Shown: one piece after another, positions 25,137 through 34,331 of the stretch
Layout: each line of letters starts with the position of its first letter
Position numbering within the stretch: the stretch's first letter is position 1
Assembly: GCA_049519595.1 (NCBI GenBank)
Contig: JBEKQP010000001.1
Coordinates: 3,399 to 67,398, forward strand
Direction of reading: 5' to 3'
From: Candidatus Korobacteraceae bacterium
GTDB taxonomy: Bacteria > Acidobacteriota > Terriglobia > Terriglobales > Acidobacteriaceae
DNA length: 64,000 bases
Position numbers and translations under genes: made by a program
Notes under the pieces: generated by a model
Told to the model about the DNA's origin: nothing
Database searches by the model: none
What the model saw: only the letters and a program-made list of their open reading frames with translations

Positions 25137-25958
25137 GTGGCGAACGACCAGCAAAAACCGCTTCCGATCAGTTCATCGCAGCAGCCGCCGTTTCCCGATG
25201 AGCAGCGGCAACTGTTCCGCGAAGTGCTGGAACTGTTCAACCACCATCGCATTCCTTACGCAGTCTCCGGCGCCTTCGCCTTGCAAAAACATACGGGCAT
25301 ATGGCGCGACACCAAGGATCTCGATCTGTTTCTTCCTGCCGACGATGTGCCCTCGGCTTTGCGCGGCCTGCATAACGCGGGCTTCGAGACGACGATCTGC
25401 GATCCGGTCTGGCTGGCGAAGGCGCACCGCGGCGAGTACTTCGTGGACCTGATCACGGGGATGAGCAACGCCGTGATTACGGTTGATCGTTCCTGGATCT
25501 CGCAGGCCATTCCTTCTGAAGTGTTTGGCGTGCCCACCCGCGTTCTGGCGCCGGAGGAACTGATTGCGTCGAAGCTATTCGTAACCCGCCGCGAACGCTT
25601 CGACGGAGCCGACATTGTTCACGTCATCCATGGCACTCACGGTAGCCTCGACTGGAGCCGCATCCTGGCTCTGGCCGGCGAGCACTGGGGGGTCGTGTTC
25701 TGGGCGATCGTACTTTTTCAATACGTGTATCCCGCCCAAGCCGGCTACGTCCCATCAGCAGTCTGGAACGATTTGCTGACTCGTTTTCGCTCGGAAGTGG
25801 AGCGCCCCGACCGCAATGCACAATTTCGCGGCAGTCTCATTGATGAGAATATGTTCGCCATCGACGTCAGCGAATGGGGTCTCGACAATCTGGTGGAACA
25901 ATATCGCCTGATGCGCGAGAAGAGAATTCCGGTCGCTCGGGACGACAGCGCCGCCTGA
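25137..25958 (+). CDS. Pol-beta-superfamily nucleotidyltransferase family protein (NTP_transf_5-like)
   Basis: YAVSGAFALQKHTGIWRDTKDLDLFLPADD matches G[SA]-x(n)-DxD. The ORF opens at 24957. There is no ATG before residue 150, so the start is guessed at GTG 25137. Confidence 0.6.
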   Translation: MANDQQKPLPISSSQQPPFPDEQRQLFREVLELFNHHRIPYAVSGAFALQKHTGIWRDTKDLDLFLPADDVPSALRGLHNAGFETTICDPVWLAKAHRGEYFVDLITGMSNAVITVDRSWISQAIPSEVFGVPTRVLAPEELIASKLFVTRRERFDGADIVHVIHGTHGSLDWSRILALAGEHWGVVFWAIVLFQYVYPAQAGYVPSAVWNDLLTRFRSEVERPDRNAQFRGSLIDENMFAIDVSEWGLDNLVEQYRLMREKRIPVARDDSAA

Positions 25959-26010
25959 CCGCCGGCAACGCGGGCCAATGTTTATGATTGAGCAGTAAGA
26001 GGAACGCCGG

Positions 26011-26718
26011 ATGAGAATTGCCGCCACTGCGGACCTTCATTTCACGCCCCAGATGTATGACAAGATTCGAGACCAGATGAACCGCGTGCGCGATGATGCC
26101 GACGTGCTTGTGCTCGCCGGCGACCTGACGAATTACGGCCGGCCTCCGGAAATGGAGTCGCTGCTGACGGCGCTGGTGCGGTTGCGGATTCCGATTGTCG
26201 CGGTGTTGGGCAATCACGATTACGAAAGCGGCAAGCAGGAAGAATTGATCAACATGATGACGGCTGAAGGCGTCAAGGTCCTGGATGGTACAGCTTACGA
26301 GCGCGATGGGGTAGGCTTTGCCGGAACGAAGGGGTTTCTTGGTGGATTTGGCCGCGGAATTCTGACCGCTTTTGGCGAGCCCGAGGTGAAGACCTTTGTC
26401 CAGAGCTCCATCGACGAAGCTCTCAAACTGGAGCGCGCCCTCTCGCTGCTGCGCACGGAGAGGCGGGTTGTCGTCATTCATTACGCGCCGATTGGCGACA
26501 CCGTGAAGGGCGAACCGGTGGAGATTTATCCCTACCTCGGCAACTCACGTTTCGCCGAGGTGGTGGACCGGCATGGCGCGTCCCTTGTAGTTCATGGCCA
26601 TGCCCACCACGGGGCGTCCGATGGCAAAACGACGGCCGGCATTCCGGTCTACAACGTTGCACTGTCCATTTTGCAGCGTCGGGACCCACCGCTGCCTTAC
26701 CGCGTATTCGACGTCTGA
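26011..26718 (+). CDS. metallophosphoesterase (calcineurin-like)
   Basis: ADLH, LAGDLTNYG, LGNHDYE and VVHGHAHHG motifs appear in the canonical order. Confidence 0.9.
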   Translation: MRIAATADLHFTPQMYDKIRDQMNRVRDDADVLVLAGDLTNYGRPPEMESLLTALVRLRIPIVAVLGNHDYESGKQEELINMMTAEGVKVLDGTAYERDGVGFAGTKGFLGGFGRGILTAFGEPEVKTFVQSSIDEALKLERALSLLRTERRVVVIHYAPIGDTVKGEPVEIYPYLGNSRFAEVVDRHGASLVVHGHAHHGASDGKTTAGIPVYNVALSILQRRDPPLPYRVFDV

Positions 26719-26903
26719 CCGGTTGCGTGGAGAGTCGCAGAGGGCGATGTCTTCCTTTCGCCGCTAATTGTGAAAGCGACCCAGCCCTGGCGCATTTGAC
26801 AGCAGCTATTTCGCATCTGTAACTTCGAAAAGTTCGGGCGAATCGCCCGGGGATGCTGGGTATCGGCTATTCCCATGCTGATGAGGCGCCCGACGGAGGC
26901 AGG

Positions 26904-28424
26904 ATGAAGCGCCTAAAGACTGGCTTCCCCTTGTTGCTGCTCGTGCTCTGCTGGATTCCGGCGTTCGCCCAGGATCTGGCTTCATTCGAGAAGCGGGTAA
27001 CGGTAAACAAACTTCCCAACGGGCTGACGGTCGTTCTCTGCAGGCGGCCCGAGGCTCCCGTTTTTTCGTTCGCGACGTGGGTTGATTCAGGGTCGTCGCA
27101 AGACCCGCTGCACATGACAGGCCTGGCGCACATGATGGAGCACATGGCGTTCAAAGGTACGGACAAGATTGGTACAGCCGACTATTCAGCCGAGAAGGCG
27201 GCTTTGGCCGAGGTTGAAACCGCGTATGCTGCCTATCGTTCCGAGCGCATCAAGCCTGCCGGCGGCGATCCCAAGAAGGTCGCGGAGCTCGAAAAGGCGT
27301 GGAAGGATGCAATCGCCCGGGCAGACAAGTATGTCGTCAAGGGTGCTTTCGACGAGATTGTGCAGCGCGAGGGTGGTGTCGGGCTGAACGCGTTCACCAC
27401 CTACGACGAAACGGTTTACTTTTACTCGATGCCGGTCAATCGCCTTGAACTGTGGGCTTATCTGGAATCCGAACGCTTTACGCATCCCGTGATGCGCGAG
27501 TTTTACAAGGAGCGCGATGTGGTGATGGAAGAGCGCCGCATGCGGACGGATTCCGACCCAACCCAGCGGATGATCGAACAATTCCTGGGGATTGCGTTCG
27601 ACGCGAATCCCTACCATCGTCCGACGATTGGGTACATGAGTGATCTGCAGTATTTTTCGGCGACGGACGCGATGAACTTTTTCAAGTCGTATTATGTCCC
27701 GAGCAATCTTGTAGTGGCCGTCGTGGGTGACCTCGACCCTGCAACTGCCATGCCGATGATTTCGAGATACTTCGGCCGCATTCCCTCCGGCAGCAAGCCT
27801 GAGGAGTTTGTCAGCACGCAACCTCCACAGGATTCGGAGCGCTCGATCCTGGTGAAAGACCCGTCGCAGCCGATTTACATCGAGGGATATCACCGACCCA
27901 GCTATCGCGATCCCGATGACGCAGTCTACGACGCCATCAGCGATCTGCTTTCCACCGGGCGCACCTCGCGTCTGTACCGCTCCATGGTGCGCGACCAGAA
28001 GATTGCGGCTGCGGCCGGCGGTTTTTCACCCTTTCCCGGAAACAAATATCCGCACCTGTTTGCCTTTTATGCCGTGCCGCTGCCTGGACATACGCCCGAG
28101 GAAATGGAAAAGGCGATTCACGGCGAGATCGAACGCCTCAAGACGCAGGACGTCTCCGACGACGAATTAAAGATGGTCAAGACGCGATCCAAGGCTACTT
28201 TGATTCGTGGGCTGGCCAGCAATTCAGGCTTGGCGCAGCAACTGGCAGTTGCGCAGACCCGTTACGGAGACTGGCGCGAACTGTTCCGGCAGGTGGACCG
28301 CATCGACAAGGTGACAAAGCAAGACATCCGCCGGATTGCGAACAGCACCTTCGTAGAGGCTAACCGCACCGTCGGCTCCATTGAAACGATCGAGCCCGTA
28401 GAGGGTAGCAAGGAGAACAAATAA
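26904..28424 (+). CDS. M16-family zinc peptidase (active subunit, HxxEH)
   Basis: HMMEHMAFKGT motif. Signal peptide MKRLKTGFPLLLLVLCWIPAFA. GGAGG lies before ATG 26904. Confidence 0.9.
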   Translation: MKRLKTGFPLLLLVLCWIPAFAQDLASFEKRVTVNKLPNGLTVVLCRRPEAPVFSFATWVDSGSSQDPLHMTGLAHMMEHMAFKGTDKIGTADYSAEKAALAEVETAYAAYRSERIKPAGGDPKKVAELEKAWKDAIARADKYVVKGAFDEIVQREGGVGLNAFTTYDETVYFYSMPVNRLELWAYLESERFTHPVMREFYKERDVVMEERRMRTDSDPTQRMIEQFLGIAFDANPYHRPTIGYMSDLQYFSATDAMNFFKSYYVPSNLVVAVVGDLDPATAMPMISRYFGRIPSGSKPEEFVSTQPPQDSERSILVKDPSQPIYIEGYHRPSYRDPDDAVYDAISDLLSTGRTSRLYRSMVRDQKIAAAAGGFSPFPGNKYPHLFAFYAVPLPGHTPEEMEKAIHGEIERLKTQDVSDDELKMVKTRSKATLIRGLASNSGLAQQLAVAQTRYGDWRELFRQVDRIDKVTKQDIRRIANSTFVEANRTVGSIETIEPVEGSKENK

Positions 28425-29905
28425 TGAGCAGCATCAGGCGTTTGCTTATCTCGCTGACCTTGCTGTTCTTTATTTCCACCGTGGTTTCCACCGTGGTTGC
28501 TCAGCAACCCACAACAAGCGCCGCGGATGGAGTCCCTTCCAGTTGGCAGCAGATTCCCATTCCGCCATTGCCTAAATGGAGCGCCGCGCAGCCCAAGCGA
28601 ATCGAATTGGCCAACGGGATGATCCTCTTTTTGCAGGAAGATCACGAGCTTCCGTTGATCAGCGGCGAGGCAACCGTTCGCGGGGGTTCGCAATCGGAGC
28701 CGCCTAACAAGGTCGGGATGCTCGACATCTATGGCGACGTGTGGCGAACCGGCGGAACCGGCAAGATGACCGGCGACCAGATGGACGACTTCCTTGAAGC
28801 ACGCGCCGCCAAGCTTGAAACCGATGACAGCAAGGAGAGCACCACGGTCACGTTTGACTGTCTGAAGGGTGATTTCGACGACGTCTTTCGCCTGTTCCTC
28901 GATCTCTTACGCGACCCCGCATTCCGCGAAGATAAGATCGAACTCGCAAAAAATGAATTGAACACCACCATCGCGCGCCGCAATGACAGCAGCCAAGGCA
29001 TTGCTGATCGCGAAGCCGCGAAGCTTGTCTATGGCAAGGACAGTCCTTATGCCCGCAATCCCGAGTTTGCCACCGTGGCGGCAGTGACGCGCGACGACCT
29101 GGTCGCCTGGTTCAAACAGCACGTTGCTCCCAACAACATTATTCTCGGCATCGTTGGCGACTTTAATTCCGCCGAGATGGAGAAGCGGTTGCGGGCTGCT
29201 TTTGAAGGCTGGAGTCGCGGGCCGCAGGCTGCTAAGCCCGACATTTCGCTCATGCCCGCCAAGCCCGGCCTGTACGCCGTGGATAAGTCTGACGTCAACC
29301 AGAGCCAAATCCGCTTCGTTACGCTCGGGATCGAGCGTAGTAACCCGGATTATTTTGCCGTGCAGGTGATGAACCATGTATTGAGCGGCGGATTCGCGTC
29401 GCGGCTGATGGCCGACCTGCGCACCAAGCGCGGCTTGGCTTATTCGGTCGGCGGCGGCCTCGGCGCCGGATGGGATCATCGCGGAATGTTCTGGCTGACC
29501 ATCGCAACCAAAAGTGTCTCGACGGTCGACGCCATCGAGGGAATGCGCGAAGACCTGGCGAAGTTCAAAACCGATCCTCCCACGCAGGTTGAATTGAAAT
29601 TCGCCAAAGATTCGATTCTGAATTCATTCATCTTCCGTTTGGATACGCCGGAAAAAGTTCTGCACGAGCGCATGTCGTATGAGTTCCACGGGTTCCCGCT
29701 CGATTATCTGGAAAAATTCCGGGCAGGCATCGAAAAGGTCACCGCCGCCGACGTGAACCGCGTGGTTCAAAAATACGTTCACCCCGAAGAATTTGCGGTG
29801 CTGGTCGTGGGCAATACGGGCCAGTTCGGAAAACCGCTCACGGGGCTGGGACCGGTAACGAAGATCAACATCTCCATCCCAACTCCCGCCGCTGCGGCCC
29901 GGTGA
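28424..29905 (+). CDS. M16-family peptidase-like protein (no HxxEH; partner subunit)
   Basis: Overlaps the stop of the upstream M16 gene by 1 nt. M16 fold-like sequence lacking the zinc motif. Signal peptide present. Confidence 0.85.
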   Translation: MSSIRRLLISLTLLFFISTVVSTVVAQQPTTSAADGVPSSWQQIPIPPLPKWSAAQPKRIELANGMILFLQEDHELPLISGEATVRGGSQSEPPNKVGMLDIYGDVWRTGGTGKMTGDQMDDFLEARAAKLETDDSKESTTVTFDCLKGDFDDVFRLFLDLLRDPAFREDKIELAKNELNTTIARRNDSSQGIADREAAKLVYGKDSPYARNPEFATVAAVTRDDLVAWFKQHVAPNNIILGIVGDFNSAEMEKRLRAAFEGWSRGPQAAKPDISLMPAKPGLYAVDKSDVNQSQIRFVTLGIERSNPDYFAVQVMNHVLSGGFASRLMADLRTKRGLAYSVGGGLGAGWDHRGMFWLTIATKSVSTVDAIEGMREDLAKFKTDPPTQVELKFAKDSILNSFIFRLDTPEKVLHERMSYEFHGFPLDYLEKFRAGIEKVTAADVNRVVQKYVHPEEFAVLVVGNTGQFGKPLTGLGPVTKINISIPTPAAAAR

Positions 29906-29934
29906 TCGGGCGCGGCGAGTACGACGAATCAGCC

Positions 29935-29993
29935 ATTCCCAGGTTAGCGTTGCGAAAGCCAAAGGTCTCTCGGCAGCGCGAAACCTGGGGTAT
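29935..29993. repeat. REP-A variant hairpin (CCCAGGTTAGCG...CGCGAAACCTGGGG)
   Basis: Long inverted repeat read directly. Related copies lie at 45492..45537 and 55235..55272. Confidence 0.7.
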
Positions 29994-30162
29994 CCAGCTA
30001 TCTAGAGCTTGTTCATAAACCGATGCTGGAGGAAACAGCTAATCCCCTCAGAGGCTAAAGCCAAGCATTCTTATCGGTTCTGGACGGCGCGGCTGAAGCC
30101 GCGCCCCTTCAAAGAACCTTTTATGAAACATGCTCTAGTAATTTGTAGACCACCACGGTTCC

Positions 30163-32979
30163 TCAAGGGTGTGTGGCGTGATGCTTTTCTGCGGCGCTGT
30201 CCGAGGCAGGTGGTTTGGCCTGTGGTTGCGGAGAGTGCAGTTCTTCCCACATGGATACGATCCGCTGGCGCGCCTCAGCCGTGAGCCGATTGTAGGCCGC
30301 TTCGGGTGGCTCGGCGGGATCGGGATAAATGGGATCTCCGATTTGGATTCGCAGTGGCGCGAAACGCTGAAAGCTGCCGCCGCGCGGCCACGCCTCGAAA
30401 AAGCCATCCTGGGCGACAGGCACAATGGGCACGTTGAGATGACGCGAGAGGATTGCGGCTCCCTTCTTGAAACTCCTGGGAATACCGTCGATGCTGCGCT
30501 CGCCCTCGGGATAGAGAACCAGGATTTTGCCGTGCCGCAAGCCGTAGGCGCCTGCACGCATGGCGGGCACAAGGTTCGCGTCCGGGTCGACCGGGATGAG
30601 CCGCAGGAAGCGTGCGATGGTCCGCGCCGGACCGGTGCCGAATTTCTCGCTGTCTCCAACGTAGAACAGATCGCGGAAGATGTGCCATGGCATCGCCGCC
30701 GTGAGCACGGGAGCATCAAGATAACTCTGGTGATTGGCGCAGAGGATGAAAGGTCCGTTCGGAGGCAGTTTTTCGATTCCGCTGATCTTGAGATGAAACA
30801 CATCTTTGGCGAGCAGATTGACGGTTCTGCCGAACAGGTACCAGAGCCGGCCAGTGATGGGCCGTTCTTTTGCGATCGCCAAAACCTCGGGATCGGTCGA
30901 CTCAGTGGCGAGTAGCGTCTCCCATCCGACTGCCTGGGTCGCCCCCTTTCCCATGTTGCCGCGGACAAGGTCGATCAACTCGCGGACGGTGTAGACCTCG
31001 GATGCGGCGGAATCGTCAACATCGGCTGCGAGATGGTGCTCAAGTTGAACGAGCAGTTCGACCCGCTCCATGGAGTCGAGGCCAAGATCCAGTTCGAGAT
31101 TGTCGCGTGGATGCACCTTCACGACGGAGTTCTTCGCCGCCGCCCGAACGATGGCGACGGCCTGTTGGACCTCGGACTGAGACATCCAGTCGCTTTCTTC
31201 GTCGGTCAGTTCGCGGGCAAGTTGTCCCTCGGAATCGCGCGCGCCGCTGGCCTGCATCTGGCGAACCCGCGATTCGATCTCGAAGCGGCGTAGCTTGCGC
31301 GTAGTGGTGCGCGGCAGGTCTTCCTGCCAGATGTCGTAGCTCAGGATGCGCTTGGTGGCCGGCAGGTGCGACGAGATGTTTTCCACGTCGTAGCGGATGA
31401 CCTCGCGCATGTTCACGACCTTCTTCTGCCGCAGCACGTCGAGATTCGGCACGATGACCGCGTGCAGGCGCTCGGAAACCGGATCGCCCGGTGCGCCCTC
31501 CAGCCCCATGACGCAGGCTTCTTTGATCCACGGACTTTTAAGGTAGTAGCTCTCGATCTCCTCGGGGTAAATGTTCTTGCCGGAGCTAAGGACAATAATT
31601 TCCTTCTGGCGCCCGGCGATGAAGATATTGCCGCCCGGGTCGGAGTAGCCAAGATCTCCCGTGTGCAACCAGCCGTTGCGAATGACCTCCGCGGTTGCTT
31701 CGGGGCGGTTGTAATAGCCCTTCATGACAATCGGCCCTCGAATCGCGATCTCGCCGACCATGTGACCGGAGCCGTCTTCCGCAGGTTTGGCGTCGACAAT
31801 CTTGGCTTCATTCCCGGGGAGCGGCTTGCCGACCGAGCCGATCACGTTCGACTCCGGCGGCGTGACCAAGGCTCCGCCTGTAGTCTCGGTCAGCCCATAG
31901 GCCTGCAAGATATCGAAGCCAAGGGCGTGGAAATCGCGACCTATGGCCACGTCGAAGCGCGAGCCGCCGGTGACCAGATAGCGCATCTTGGGGCCGAGCA
32001 GGGTGTGAACCTGTTTGAAGAAGATCTTGCCCGGGTTCAGCCCTATTGTGCGGCCTATGCGCGAGAGCGCCAACATCATCCGGAACGCGGTCCAGACGAT
32101 GGTCCCGCGCTTGCGTGCTTCCTGAAACACACGTTCGTGGATGAGGTAGAAGAACTGCGGCACGCAGCAGAATAGCGTTATGTTGCGCTCCGTCAGGGCG
32201 CGGAGAAGTTCGGTGGTGTTCAACGCCTCAAGAAAAACCACGCGAGCGCCGCACGCCAGCGGGATCATCAGGTTTGCCATCTGCGCCAACGCGTGAAACA
32301 GCGGCAGCACGCCAAGAATCGCGTCCGTGTAGTCGAAGCGTACGAAGCGAAAGACCGATTCCATCTCGCCACGCAGGTTGGCGTGCGAGAGCATTACGCC
32401 CTTCGGATCGCTGGTGGTTCCGGAGGTGTAGAGGATGCAGGCAACATCATCAGGCCGTGCCGAACTGGGGGTGAATCCACCGGCTCCCGCCTGGTACATC
32501 TCCCGCAGGCCAGGCAACTCGGGCTGCGGCGGGACATCAGGGCCGTCGATCAATGCAACTTTTAATTGCTGGCTGGTGTTTGCGTGCCGCGCGATGGGGA
32601 GGTGCTTGGCGTCGGCAAAGATCAGGCTTGCGCCGCAATCGTGCAGCAGCTTCTCGACCTGCTCGCAGTTAAAGGCGGTGTCCAGAGGTACGGCCGTGTG
32701 TCCGGCGGCTACTATGCCCAGGTAAACCGCAACCCAATCGGGACTATTGTTGGCAAGTATCGCGCAACGGGCGCCTGGCTGGAGTCCAGAGCGTTGCAAC
32801 CAAGCACCAACCGACTCGGCCCGCTGTCGAAGCTGCCGGTAGGTGTAGCTGTCACGCGAATCCTCGGAACAGCAGGCAGCGCCCGGAGTCTGGCCGGAGA
32901 CTACAGGCTGGCGCTGAATCTCCACGGCGACAGCGTCCGGCCACAGCTCCACTGATTGCAGGAATCGGCTATAGAACAT
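30163..32979 (-). CDS. tri-domain acyl-AMP ligase / carrier protein / 1-acyl-glycerol-3-phosphate acyltransferase (PlsC-like) fusion
   Basis: ILYTSGTTSDPKGVMLSH, AYGLTETTGG, HTGDLGY and GRQKEII are adenylation cores. LGLDSMERVELL is the phosphopantetheine Ser site. CANHQSYLDAP (HX4D) and YPEGERS are acyltransferase motifs. Confidence 0.9.
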   Translation of the reverse strand: MFYSRFLQSVELWPDAVAVEIQRQPVVSGQTPGAACCSEDSRDSYTYRQLRQRAESVGAWLQRSGLQPGARCAILANNSPDWVAVYLGIVAAGHTAVPLDTAFNCEQVEKLLHDCGASLIFADAKHLPIARHANTSQQLKVALIDGPDVPPQPELPGLREMYQAGAGGFTPSSARPDDVACILYTSGTTSDPKGVMLSHANLRGEMESVFRFVRFDYTDAILGVLPLFHALAQMANLMIPLACGARVVFLEALNTTELLRALTERNITLFCCVPQFFYLIHERVFQEARKRGTIVWTAFRMMLALSRIGRTIGLNPGKIFFKQVHTLLGPKMRYLVTGGSRFDVAIGRDFHALGFDILQAYGLTETTGGALVTPPESNVIGSVGKPLPGNEAKIVDAKPAEDGSGHMVGEIAIRGPIVMKGYYNRPEATAEVIRNGWLHTGDLGYSDPGGNIFIAGRQKEIIVLSSGKNIYPEEIESYYLKSPWIKEACVMGLEGAPGDPVSERLHAVIVPNLDVLRQKKVVNMREVIRYDVENISSHLPATKRILSYDIWQEDLPRTTTRKLRRFEIESRVRQMQASGARDSEGQLARELTDEESDWMSQSEVQQAVAIVRAAAKNSVVKVHPRDNLELDLGLDSMERVELLVQLEHHLAADVDDSAASEVYTVRELIDLVRGNMGKGATQAVGWETLLATESTDPEVLAIAKERPITGRLWYLFGRTVNLLAKDVFHLKISGIEKLPPNGPFILCANHQSYLDAPVLTAAMPWHIFRDLFYVGDSEKFGTGPARTIARFLRLIPVDPDANLVPAMRAGAYGLRHGKILVLYPEGERSIDGIPRSFKKGAAILSRHLNVPIVPVAQDGFFEAWPRGGSFQRFAPLRIQIGDPIYPDPAEPPEAAYNRLTAEARQRIVSMWEELHSPQPQAKPPASDSAAEKHHATHP

Positions 32980-33212
32980 AACTGACCAGTCGCCTTGTTT
33001 GTATGCCCGGAGCGATCGATGCGGGGCTGACCCTCACGCCCACAAACGCCAAAGCGTTTGCGCGGGACCCCGTGGACCGGCCCGTTTTCCGGGATGTACC
33101 TTCCGCGAAACCGGTCACTCGCGATGATACAAGGCCGACGGCGGATTCGCATCTGGTTTTCCTGAAGCAAATTGTGCAGAGCCGTCCCACGCTGGGGCTC
33201 TGCGGTCCCGGT

Positions 33213-33977
33213 CTAGAAGTTCGCCGGCCTGAAGCAAGAAAATAATAGGGCCGGCACGGCGACAGCAGCCAGAGTGGCGAAGACGAAGCAAAGGCCCGTG
33301 GCTGTACTTCCCAGGGCGGATGCCACAATGAGAAAGAAAACCGCGGCTCCGAATGCCCCGGTAATCACTCCCTTCAGCACCGCGCGCGCCAGAATGCTGC
33401 TCTTCGTGTGGTTGAAGACCGCCAAAATGCTGGTGTAGACAGGAAAAATTGAGACCAGACCGCTGGACATCGGACCGATCAGGCTGGCGAAGGAAGTCAG
33501 TAGAAACACAATGGCTGCCGCCATTGCCATCCTCAGGCTGATTTCGCGCGCGCTGGATATCTTGAATTCCGGCGTAAGCGACGGCTCGCGAGGAAGACAC
33601 AACAGCACCAGTGAGAGCGCGCCGCATGCAATCGGGAAGGCCCAGCCCATCGACAGGGAAGGCAGTTTCATCAACAGAATCGAGGTGACAATGTAGGCTC
33701 CCGTGGCGGCAAGCAGGCTAGGTTGCCAGCCATGCGCCTGGGAAATGCGGGCATAGACCATTGCGAAGGCGGATAACGCCACCAGTCCCATCATGCTGCC
33801 GACGGAAGTTCTGGCGGAGAATGATTTGCCTTGCTCCAAAGTAACGAAAAAGAGAACCGGGCCGCCGGTCAGCGGCAAGCCAACCAGCAGACCGGAGACG
33901 CTGGCGCCCCATTTGCGTTCGGCCATGGAAACCAGCCCGATCAGCACGGGTGCCATGGTGAGCTTCAGAAGGATCAT
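33213..33977 (-). CDS. polytopic membrane protein, family not recognised
   Basis: Highly hydrophobic throughout. Start taken at MILLKLTMAPVLIGL (ATG 33977), while the ORF opens at 34079. Confidence 0.6.
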   Translation of the reverse strand: MILLKLTMAPVLIGLVSMAERKWGASVSGLLVGLPLTGGPVLFFVTLEQGKSFSARTSVGSMMGLVALSAFAMVYARISQAHGWQPSLLAATGAYIVTSILLMKLPSLSMGWAFPIACGALSLVLLCLPREPSLTPEFKISSAREISLRMAMAAAIVFLLTSFASLIGPMSSGLVSIFPVYTSILAVFNHTKSSILARAVLKGVITGAFGAAVFFLIVASALGSTATGLCFVFATLAAVAVPALLFSCFRPANF

Positions 33978-34331
33978 GATGTCGTGACTAGATGTTACAA
34001 GGTTTTTTGCCGCTGGCGGCGAGAATGTTCCTCGCCAGCAGCCCGGGGCATCCAGGGTACTTACGCAGTCGATATGCACTAAATGTCATCGCCGGGCTTG
34101 GATGGCGCCCACTAAACGCCGGGGCTCGTATGGCTGGCTTTCTCGCAGGCTAATGCCTTGCGCCAATCGGGTCTAAAATAGATAGGACAGGTTCGCAGGC
34201 GAGATTCGCCCTGGCGGTGCCGCGAATGAATACATCGCCCTGCCTGGTCGGGAAAAATGCTTCCGGGCTGCGCAAAGACGCCCGAGTCTTTCGACCTGGT
34301 AAGTTACAGCTTGTCATAAAGGAATACTGGT

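Noticed and set aside
30135-30968. Overlapping ORFs (30135..30968 minus, 30169..30915 plus) at the 3-prime end of the acyl-ligase fusion gene
   Set aside because: They are alternative frames or strands of the PlsC-domain coding region. Only the 30163..32979 frame carries the HX4D and PEGxRS motifs.
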